A DNA stretch of 64,000 nt from a virus: IMG/VR virus record IMGVR_UViG_3300025769_000068. One strand, 5' to 3'. Below the pieces are notes generated by a model. The model made no database searches. It was not told where the DNA came from and was given only the letters and a program-made list of their open reading frames with translations. Each line of letters opens with the position of its first letter. Within the stretch, counting starts at the first letter, position 1. Both the position numbers and the translations under genes were made by a program. Below, piece by piece: positions 30,491 through 38,618 of this stretch.

Positions 30491-33148
30491 ATGTCACAAG
30501 CACCTAAAATAGCAGATAGAACTAAAGAACTTTCGTATACAACTGGAACTAATGCTTTTCTATTAGAAGGAAGTATTAATGGTTTTAGTTCGTTTGCGTC
30601 TAGTTTTGACAACGGCGATGTAATATTTTATGCCGCCACTGATGGCACTGATTACGAAGTGGGGTCTGGAGTATTTACTGATTCTTCAGCAGATACTATT
30701 TCCAGATTTGTTCTTGCTAGTAGTAATAGTAATAATTTAGTTTCATTTAGCGCTGGGGCTAAAGAGGTTTATTCCACTTATCCAGCTACTAATGCTATTG
30801 TGTCATTATCTGGAGTTGTTCCTAAATCAAGCGGTGTTACATTTTGGCTCTCTGATAAAACGATTGGTCATGATAGTAATTTTGTTTGGAACAATGTTGA
30901 TAATAGACTAGGTATCAATCAATCAAATCCATCTTTTTCTATTGATGTCGGTGGTACTTCAGCATTTTCAATCATTAATACTTCTGGTGTTCACACTGGT
31001 GTATCTGGTATATTGTTTGCAAGTGGAACTACTGTTCCTTCTTATAGCGGTGGAAGACAGCTGGAGCATTTTGAAAGAAATATCTTAGGCGATGCAAACA
31101 TACAATCTGTAATAGAGCTTAGTGGCGTTGTAGATCAATACTTATTTTTAAAGCCGCAAGATACTGGATTAATTTTTGCTGGCCCTGCCAGTGGATGTGG
31201 AGTTGGTTGTCCTCCTGCTAGACCAAGTTTTAGAACTTTAGTGTTATCTGACGTTCCAGATTTAATCTTTATTTCTGGACAATTGATGACATCCGGTGTA
31301 ACAAACGCAGCAAATATAGTTGCGATAAGTGGGATGATGGTAGATACACCAAGTGGTGTTCATAGCTATTTAGCTAGGTGGAGCGATGATGATACTTTGG
31401 GAGCTAGTAGTGTTTATGAATCTGGTGGGGTTGTTGGAATTGGCACTAGCACTACAGCAACTGGCTATAAACTGGACGTTAGAAATGGCGACATTCTAGT
31501 AGGCACTAAATTAGTTGTTGGCAGTGGAGTATATAGCCAAACTTCACCCGGAACTTATTTTGGATTAAAACATACTAGTTTCACAAGTCCATCTGAATAT
31601 ATGATCATGAGCAATGGTACTCACACTTATCTTAGCGCTAAAGAAGATAGCGATGTTATTATTAGAGGTGGTGCAAATAACGTTGATCATCAAGTTGTTG
31701 TTAGTAAAAGTGGTATCACCCTTGGTAAATACAGACCTGCGGCTAGTAGCGTAGTACCAGAACACGACGTAGACATTGTTTACGATGAAAGCAATGGTAG
31801 TGGATGTATAAGAATTGCTGATAGAAATGGCAGCGGCATAATGATTGGTGACTGCGCTCTTGAATCTTCCTCTGTTTACGCTGGCATGAAACACACAGAG
31901 ATGGCTGGTACTCTTGACTACATGATAGCTAGTAGTGGCACTCATACTTTTATAAGCGCTAGAGATGGATCTAATGTTTTTATTAGAGGAGGAGGTCATA
32001 GCTCAGAGTGCCAGATTAGTGTTCTAGATGTTGGTGCTGGTTCTGTAGGTATTGTTTTTAATGACAACGGTGCTGACAGAGACCTTAGAATGGAAGGCGC
32101 TAGCAATGATAATCTTTTCAGACTAGATGCTAGTGAAGATAGGATTGGTATTGGAACAGATATACCTCAAAGTACTTTAGATGTTAGTGGAGTGATAACT
32201 GCTGACAGTGGTGTTTACAATGTTTTGGATATGAATCTTACGGAAGAAGCAAGTTATCCAACACATCAAGAAGGTAGGGTCTGGTATGATTCAGATTCCC
32301 ACGCGCTTGTTGTATATAATGATGAGTCAGAAGTTACACAGCAGGTTGGGCAAGAGGAATATTTAAGAGTTAGAAATAATACTGGCTCTATTATCTTAAA
32401 TGGTTCTGGTGTTAGAATTACAGGTAGTCACGGAAATGTAGCTCCAACTGTAGAATATGCTATAGCAAGCGGGGAAGATCTTTCAAGAGTTGTGGGTTTA
32501 GCTACTCATGATATTGAACACAATTCCTTTGGATATGTTACAACTTATGGTTTAGTTAAAAATGTTAACACTGCTGCATTTACTGCTGGGGATGAGCTTT
32601 TTCTTTCTGAAACTGATTATGGATCTTTTAAAAATACTTCTCCTAGAATTCCAAATTATTCTTCTCCAATTGGATATGTTGTAAGAGAAGCTACTAATGG
32701 TTCTATATTAGTAGAACTTGGAAAACACAAACTCGGTGGTGGTGATGTTAAGTCTTTAGACATGGGAGTTAATGTTAGTGGTATACCATTTATAGAAGCT
32801 TCTGGTAACGGAAATGCTATAGGTCTTGCAAATGTTGATAACTTTGTTTATGACAGCGGAAGTGCAAGGCTAGGAATTGGAACATCTAATCCCACATCAA
32901 CTGTATCTGTAAGTGGTCAGTTAGAAGCTCTTGAGATATTACAAAGTGGATCATCTATAGCTTTAGACGCAGATCTCATTCATACGTCTGGAATGATAGA
33001 TAGTGTTTCTGGCAATATGCCATTACAAGGGACCATAGCAACCGCCAGCACAGCAGGAACTCTGGGTCAAATTAGGTGGGATTCAAATTATATTTATGTT
33101 TGCGTAGCTACAAATACTTGGAAAAGAGTTCTTTTATCCACATGGTGA
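30491..33148 (+). CDS. Long fibre/appendage protein, Ser-Gly rich
   Basis: 885 aa ORF with a DR.KE.S.T.G anchor domain, RLGI...P...LDV fibre repeats, an internal duplication and a C-terminal GTLGQIRWDSNYIYVCVATNTWKRV module. Confidence 0.7.
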   Translation: MSQAPKIADRTKELSYTTGTNAFLLEGSINGFSSFASSFDNGDVIFYAATDGTDYEVGSGVFTDSSADTISRFVLASSNSNNLVSFSAGAKEVYSTYPATNAIVSLSGVVPKSSGVTFWLSDKTIGHDSNFVWNNVDNRLGINQSNPSFSIDVGGTSAFSIINTSGVHTGVSGILFASGTTVPSYSGGRQLEHFERNILGDANIQSVIELSGVVDQYLFLKPQDTGLIFAGPASGCGVGCPPARPSFRTLVLSDVPDLIFISGQLMTSGVTNAANIVAISGMMVDTPSGVHSYLARWSDDDTLGASSVYESGGVVGIGTSTTATGYKLDVRNGDILVGTKLVVGSGVYSQTSPGTYFGLKHTSFTSPSEYMIMSNGTHTYLSAKEDSDVIIRGGANNVDHQVVVSKSGITLGKYRPAASSVVPEHDVDIVYDESNGSGCIRIADRNGSGIMIGDCALESSSVYAGMKHTEMAGTLDYMIASSGTHTFISARDGSNVFIRGGGHSSECQISVLDVGAGSVGIVFNDNGADRDLRMEGASNDNLFRLDASEDRIGIGTDIPQSTLDVSGVITADSGVYNVLDMNLTEEASYPTHQEGRVWYDSDSHALVVYNDESEVTQQVGQEEYLRVRNNTGSIILNGSGVRITGSHGNVAPTVEYAIASGEDLSRVVGLATHDIEHNSFGYVTTYGLVKNVNTAAFTAGDELFLSETDYGSFKNTSPRIPNYSSPIGYVVREATNGSILVELGKHKLGGGDVKSLDMGVNVSGIPFIEASGNGNAIGLANVDNFVYDSGSARLGIGTSNPTSTVSVSGQLEALEILQSGSSIALDADLIHTSGMIDSVSGNMPLQGTIATASTAGTLGQIRWDSNYIYVCVATNTWKRVLLSTW

Positions 33149-33151
33149 TAT

Positions 33152-33634
33152 ATGCCTATTAATGTTCCACAATCTGTGTTCGATAAATACTTCGATGTGA
33201 TAGACTCCACGTTTAATATATTTGGAGTTACATGTCAACTTATATCTATAGAAAAAAAAGAAGTTATAGTATATAATCCAGATGATAATATACCAGATAA
33301 AAACTCTATAAATAATCACAGGCGAGGAGGCGGCACACATAATCGTGGAACTAAAACTATTAAAGAAACCGAAGTGTTGACCGACATAAAACTAAAAGTA
33401 TATTGGGATGAAAAACAGTGGACGGGAATTACTAAAGGGATCGTTGTTCCTGACGCATCTATTCAAACAATTGGATTTATGACTGACTTACCTAAAATTT
33501 TGTCTGCAAAACAATTATTGGTACATAAAGGTATTAAAGATTATAAAGAAATGAGATTTGAAAGAGTTGGAGAACACACACCTCTAGGATTAAAGCAAGA
33601 TAGATACTTTGCATGTTTTTGGAAGAGGGCTTAG
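33152..33634 (+). CDS. Putative head closure / head-tail joining protein
   Basis: 160 aa beta-rich ORF located between the adaptor and the neck/terminator genes. Confidence 0.45.
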   Translation: MPINVPQSVFDKYFDVIDSTFNIFGVTCQLISIEKKEVIVYNPDDNIPDKNSINNHRRGGGTHNRGTKTIKETEVLTDIKLKVYWDEKQWTGITKGIVVPDASIQTIGFMTDLPKILSAKQLLVHKGIKDYKEMRFERVGEHTPLGLKQDRYFACFWKRA

Positions 33635-33635
33635 T

Positions 33636-34265
33636 ATGGCTATCACACTTAATCTTGTAGACACTGTGGCTAGTTTTACTAAGAAGGTTAATGCTTCTAT
33701 TGCGGGAACATTTAATCAGCTTTTGTTTAGAAAGAAAAATAGAATAGACTTAGATATTAGAATGTTTGTAGAGCAACAAATTTTAGCTCAACCAGAAGTA
33801 AGAGAATTATTAGAAGAGAACGGGCCGGATAGTTTAACGGCTATGTTGGGTATTACAAACGCGGAAGCTTTAAATGCAATAAACGCTTTAGTTAAAACTA
33901 TTACTAGAATAATCAAAGTAAATATAGATAAAGTAGACGATAGATTAAATGGCGGTCTTGAGGTAATAATATCTGGCGTTGATGCTGGAGACATACCCGA
34001 GGCAATAAAGAGCGTACCTAACTCTAAACTAAATTGGTTAGAATGGTTATTAGAAAAAGGCGACACTCCAATTATTATTGGTTATAGATATTCAGCCTCA
34101 GATAAAGGTAGAACTGGCGGTGGGATCATGAAGCCCGGAGGTGTTTTTAGAATACCACCAAGTTTTTCAGGAACAGAAGAAGAGAATTTTATTATCAGAG
34201 CGCTGGTTGGAGAACCACAACAACAAGAAATAGAAAGAATTATAAGGAAAGCTCTAGATGTCTAA
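33636..34265 (+). CDS. Putative neck / tail completion protein
   Basis: ATG at 33636 lies right after the upstream TAG (the track used a TTG at 33609). It contains WLEWLL.KG and a C-terminal NFI.RAL motif, in the HK97 gp10-like position. Confidence 0.45.
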   Translation: MAITLNLVDTVASFTKKVNASIAGTFNQLLFRKKNRIDLDIRMFVEQQILAQPEVRELLEENGPDSLTAMLGITNAEALNAINALVKTITRIIKVNIDKVDDRLNGGLEVIISGVDAGDIPEAIKSVPNSKLNWLEWLLEKGDTPIIIGYRYSASDKGRTGGGIMKPGGVFRIPPSFSGTEEENFIIRALVGEPQQQEIERIIRKALDV

Positions 34266-35235
34266 TAATAATCTCAAAGGTTTTAACAGCGTTTTTGACT
34301 CAACTCTTAACAATGAGTTGCAAGATAATATTATAGAATTCCTAGATTGGAATTTGTTAGGCAAAGGTAATTATTTCAATGTTACCAAAGGGGAAACTTC
34401 TCACAGCAATCAAGATTACAGCTTGTTAAAGCTTTCTTCGTATCCACACTACAACGCTGGTCAAGCTTGGGATGGTTTTAGGCAGAACTGGGTTTGGCAA
34501 AGTGGAGTTAATCCACCTTCTGGAATGACCGCCCCGATTGTTGGCGAAAACCATATGTATCCCGGTATATCTGGCGTATATGTAGATGACACATTCTACT
34601 CTTCAGATACTACCGGAGACTATGCTCACACGGTAGATTATTTCAATGGGAGGGTAGTTTTTGACAGCCCTATCCCTACTGGTAGCAAGGTTCAGGTAGA
34701 ACATAGTTATAAATATATTAATGTTATATACGGTAATAATGTTCCTTGGCTTAGAGAGATTCAATATAGAACCCTAGATGTGCCTTCTAATTTTAATAAT
34801 GGAAAAGGGGAATTTGAAATACCTTCAGAAATGAGAATACAACTACCCGCCATAGGTATAGAAGTAGTTCCAAGGAGAAGCTACAAGGGCTATCAGCTGG
34901 GTGGCGGTCAGTATATCTATACGGATGTGCTTTTTCATTGCATAGCTGAAGACGCTTACACAAGAAATCAGTTGTTAGACATGGTTTCTTTCCAAAATGA
35001 CAAAACAATAACATTATTTAATAATAATAATATAGCCAATAGCGGGGCTTTTCCCGTAGATTACAGGGGTGTTCCCGTATCTGGCGCTCTTAGATATCCA
35101 GATTTAATTGATAGTTATCAATCAAATCACATGAGATTTACGAATTTTACTGTTCAGGGCATGGAAATCATAAATAGCAACTTTTCAGCAGGAATAGCTC
35201 GTTGTACGGTAGAAGTAATTAAATCAAATATCTAA
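34258..35235 (+). CDS. Tail terminator-like protein with inserted beta domain
   Basis: 325 aa ORF containing QLPAIGIEVV...GYQLGG...DVLFHCIAE...RNQL.D and an inserted VDYFNGRVVFDSPIP.G..V...Y.Y module; immediately upstream of the tail tube gene. Confidence 0.55.
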   Translation: MSNNNLKGFNSVFDSTLNNELQDNIIEFLDWNLLGKGNYFNVTKGETSHSNQDYSLLKLSSYPHYNAGQAWDGFRQNWVWQSGVNPPSGMTAPIVGENHMYPGISGVYVDDTFYSSDTTGDYAHTVDYFNGRVVFDSPIPTGSKVQVEHSYKYINVIYGNNVPWLREIQYRTLDVPSNFNNGKGEFEIPSEMRIQLPAIGIEVVPRRSYKGYQLGGGQYIYTDVLFHCIAEDAYTRNQLLDMVSFQNDKTITLFNNNNIANSGAFPVDYRGVPVSGALRYPDLIDSYQSNHMRFTNFTVQGMEIINSNFSAGIARCTVEVIKSNI

Positions 35236-35239
35236 TTTT

Positions 35240-35250
35240 GTGTATATAAA
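35240..35250 (+). promoter_or_regulatory. Candidate late promoter element GTGTATATAAA
   Basis: Intergenic, ~45 bp upstream of the tail tube gene, which has an AAGGAG SD. Confidence 0.4.
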
Positions 35251-35285
35251 AATAGAGTTTTCCAACTTACCAAGGAGAGAATATA

Positions 35286-36311
35286 ATGGCAAATAATAGA
35301 GTATTTTATGCCTGCCAAGCTGTGGTCATCGGAGATAATGGTGATCAAAATTCCAGAACAATACATGGCGTACAAAGTGTGGGCATTACAACGAACTTTA
35401 ATCTAGAGCAAGCATTTGAGCTTGGTCAGATTCAAATTTACGAAAATATTGAAGGTCTTCCAGATGTTGAGGTAACGCTGGAAAAGGTACTTGATGGACA
35501 TCCACTTATTTACCACGCTGCAACGCCCGGAGCTACTGTCAATACATTAGTTAACAGATCAAAACTTAGATGTAATGTTGGTCTTGGTATTTACCCAGAT
35601 GATCAAGATGCTGTAACTGGTGCTGCACCAGCAGAAGTCCATATGTCTGGAATGTATTTGAGCAGTATTTCTTATACTATTCCAGCAGATGGAAATGCAA
35701 CCGAATCTGTAACCTTGGTAGGAAACGATAAAAGTTGGAATTCTGATAGTCCCACTCTTGTAACATCTGCTAGAGCCTCGGAAATTCCAGAAGATGGTGA
35801 TGGTAAAGGTACTGATGCTCCATTTTCAGGCAGTGGTGTTGCTAGGCGTGAGAATGTAGACCTTGCAAACACTATATTGCCAGCAGCTATTTTTGGCGCT
35901 CAAGGATCTGGAATTGGAAACGGTTTGTCTGGTGGTGTTCCAGCTGTTCATATTCAAAACTTTACTTGTAGTACGGATTTGGCTCGTGAAGATATTCTAG
36001 AACTTGGTAGAAAAGCTCCTTACTATCGTTCGCCTAATTTCCCAGTAGAAGTAACTTCTGAGTTTGAAGTGATTGCCATTTCTGGTGATTATATTTCTTG
36101 CGAAGAAGGCGCTGATGCTAACACTTCAGAGGAAATTATCAAAGTTGCTCTTGACAATGGCACAACTTTCGATCTTGGTGGTAAGAATAGACTGTCATCC
36201 GTAACTTACGGTGGAGGTGACGCTGCTGGAGGTAACGCCACAATTACTTACTCATATAGCACCTTTAATGACTTAACAGTTAAAAGTAATACTGATCCAG
36301 CCGGACTTTAG
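35286..36311 (+). CDS. Major tail tube protein
   Basis: 341 aa acidic beta-rich ORF with two tube-like halves (GVQSVGITTNFNLEQAFELGQ and IQNFTCSTDLAREDILELGR). Strong SD; sits between the terminator and the chaperone/TMP genes. Confidence 0.7.
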   Translation: MANNRVFYACQAVVIGDNGDQNSRTIHGVQSVGITTNFNLEQAFELGQIQIYENIEGLPDVEVTLEKVLDGHPLIYHAATPGATVNTLVNRSKLRCNVGLGIYPDDQDAVTGAAPAEVHMSGMYLSSISYTIPADGNATESVTLVGNDKSWNSDSPTLVTSARASEIPEDGDGKGTDAPFSGSGVARRENVDLANTILPAAIFGAQGSGIGNGLSGGVPAVHIQNFTCSTDLAREDILELGRKAPYYRSPNFPVEVTSEFEVIAISGDYISCEEGADANTSEEIIKVALDNGTTFDLGGKNRLSSVTYGGGDAAGGNATITYSYSTFNDLTVKSNTDPAGL

Positions 36312-36377
36312 TATATAATTTATTAGGAATATAAAGGAAACAAAACAAATGGGAAACTCCCGCAGTGAGGTTACGTA

Positions 36378-37412
36378 ATGAACCATCATGAGCGGGAGTT
36401 TTTTATTTATAAAATTAGATCTGGAAAAGCATATTTACCTAAAGGTTTAGTAGTACACCCCTTTACAGTAGAGTTAAATATAGAATCTTGCATTATATAT
36501 AATAATGCTTACGAGCAAGCGTTTGATGACGAAATAATGACTGAAAAGGAAACAGAGTCTTGGATGATGGATCATGGGCTATGGTCTGAAGAAAAAGAAG
36601 AAAGAGTAAATGGATTAAAGAAAGACATTGAAAAGCTTAAGGTAGAAATTTATAAATCTCGCCACAATTCAGAGCTAGTAGAAAGAATCAGAAAATATAT
36701 TAGAGCTGGAGAAAAACAACTAAACGAAGAACTACAAATTAAAAATTCTTATAATCAAAATACTTGCGAAGGAATAGCGTATACGGAAAAACTAGAATAT
36801 CTGATAGAAAATAGTACATATAAAAATAATGAACTATATGATTTTGAAGATATTGGTATAAATGAAGCTTTATTTTACTGGCACAAATCTTTAATTACAG
36901 AGCAACAGTGTAGAGAACTAGCCAGAACTGAACCTTGGAAGTCATTGTGGAACATATACGAAAAGTCTGGAGCAAAGTTATTTTTTAACAAAGATGATGA
37001 GGACATAACATATAATCAAACAACACTTACTATGTGGTCTCAAATGTATGATAACATACAAGAGTCTATGGACTGTCCCACAAAAGAAGTTATAGAAGAT
37101 GATGATATGTTAGATGGCTGGTTTATAGTACAGGCAGAAAAACGAGAACAAGAAAAAGCAGAAAATGAATTTGATAATAACACTAATGAAAAGGTAAAAA
37201 ATTCTGACGAAGTATTTGTTATGGCAAAAAATGAAAATGATATTAACAGAGTGGAAAACATGAATAGCCTTGATAGCAAAGTGGTAAAGAAGCAAAGGGC
37301 TGCCGTGATGAAAAAGAAGGGATCTGCCCAACAGCAAGATTTCAAAGATGAAATAATGAAACAAAAAACAAAACAGATGGAAGCCTTTAAAGGAAAGTTT
37401 GGAGGAAAATAA
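36378..37412 (+). CDS. Tail assembly chaperone-like protein A
   Basis: 344 aa charged, helical ORF between the tube gene and the TMP; paralogous to the 37754 ORF. Confidence 0.5.
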   Translation: MNHHEREFFIYKIRSGKAYLPKGLVVHPFTVELNIESCIIYNNAYEQAFDDEIMTEKETESWMMDHGLWSEEKEERVNGLKKDIEKLKVEIYKSRHNSELVERIRKYIRAGEKQLNEELQIKNSYNQNTCEGIAYTEKLEYLIENSTYKNNELYDFEDIGINEALFYWHKSLITEQQCRELARTEPWKSLWNIYEKSGAKLFFNKDDEDITYNQTTLTMWSQMYDNIQESMDCPTKEVIEDDDMLDGWFIVQAEKREQEKAENEFDNNTNEKVKNSDEVFVMAKNENDINRVENMNSLDSKVVKKQRAAVMKKKGSAQQQDFKDEIMKQKTKQMEAFKGKFGGK

Positions 37413-37413
37413 C

Positions 37414-37752
37414 ATGGACGAAGGAAAAACAAATTACAAACAAGCTCGTGATAGTAAATACAAAGTAGCTTCTAGAGAAAGATTATCTAAAATTCTTAAA
37501 AAGAAAATTCAAACTACCATGATAGGAGCTTTAAGTAGTATTGAAGAAAATCTGGGTTTTTTATGGGGAGGCGATGAAGGGTCAACAAAAGATCAGCAAG
37601 TTATGAAAGATATATATCAGAAAATTAGATCTGAAATATTAGACAAAGGAAATAATCAGGCTCGAAATATTGATGCGGAGTTAGCTCAGTATGATGTGGA
37701 ATGGTTAAAATATTCAGTTACAATTCCAGTAATTACAAAAAAGGAGAAATAG
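37414..37752 (+). CDS. Hypothetical helical protein (112 aa) in the chaperone cluster
   Basis: ATG at 37414 with GGAGG SD at 37401 (the track start 37399 is a TTG). Confidence 0.6.
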   Translation: MDEGKTNYKQARDSKYKVASRERLSKILKKKIQTTMIGALSSIEENLGFLWGGDEGSTKDQQVMKDIYQKIRSEILDKGNNQARNIDAELAQYDVEWLKYSVTIPVITKKEK

Positions 37753-37753
37753 G

Positions 37754-38581
37754 ATGGACAAGGAAAAACAAAGACAGGTAGAAGTAAACGTTGACGGTGA
37801 AAAAATCAAGATCATTGTCAAAAAACCAGTTGGTGCTGTTCAAAATAGAGCAACTAGATATGCCGCCAAAGTGTGGAGCGAGTGTTTAACCGATGGCATT
37901 ATGACTAAAAAGGAATTACGACTGTTTATGAAAAATCGTAATATATGGAATGAGGACAAAGATGAAGAAGAAAAGAATATTAGCAAGAAAATTGCAGAAC
38001 TTGAAAAACAACTTGCTTTTGGTAAAAGTGGCAGTAAGAGAGTAAGCGCTGGTGAAGGTAAAGATATTGCTATACAAATTAGAGAAAAACGAATAGAACT
38101 AAGAGATCTAATTGGAGAAAGATTGTCTCTTGAGGGAAATACAGCAGAATCGCTTTCTGATAATGCAAGATTTGACTATCTAGTATCTTCTTGTACTTAC
38201 TACGAAAATGGCGAAAAAGTGTATAAATCACTAGAAGATTATGATGAAAAATCGGATAGCGACATAGCACTAGCAGCTGCCACTACAATGGCACAGATGA
38301 TGTACTCTCTGGATAAGGATTTTGAGAAATCCCTACCAGAAAACGTTTTTCTTAATAAGCACCACTTCACGAATAATGATGGAGCTTTAGTCAATAAGGA
38401 AGGCGAAATGGTAGATCTAGATGGCAGACGGATTAATGAGTTTGGTCATTTTCTTAACGATAAAGGTGAACGGGTCGATGTTGATGGTAACTTATTAGAC
38501 GAAGAGGGTAGGTATATAACTACTGTGGATTACGTCGATGAGACTGTCAAGAAAACTCGTAAAACAAAAACGGACGGATAG
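37754..38581 (+). CDS. Tail assembly chaperone-like protein B with C-terminal (D/N)xxG beta-hairpin repeats
   Basis: 275 aa ORF with AGGAG SD, directly upstream of the TMP; paralogous to the 36378 ORF. Confidence 0.5.
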   Translation: MDKEKQRQVEVNVDGEKIKIIVKKPVGAVQNRATRYAAKVWSECLTDGIMTKKELRLFMKNRNIWNEDKDEEEKNISKKIAELEKQLAFGKSGSKRVSAGEGKDIAIQIREKRIELRDLIGERLSLEGNTAESLSDNARFDYLVSSCTYYENGEKVYKSLEDYDEKSDSDIALAAATTMAQMMYSLDKDFEKSLPENVFLNKHHFTNNDGALVNKEGEMVDLDGRRINEFGHFLNDKGERVDVDGNLLDEEGRYITTVDYVDETVKKTRKTKTDG

Positions 38582-38618
38582 CCAAAGGGATAGTGTGCAG
38601 CATTACTAGAGAGATACT

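Noticed and set aside
34258-38581. Contractile tail (myovirus) or contractile injection system
   Set aside because: No sheath-sized gene lies next to the tube gene, and no baseplate wedge genes were recognised.
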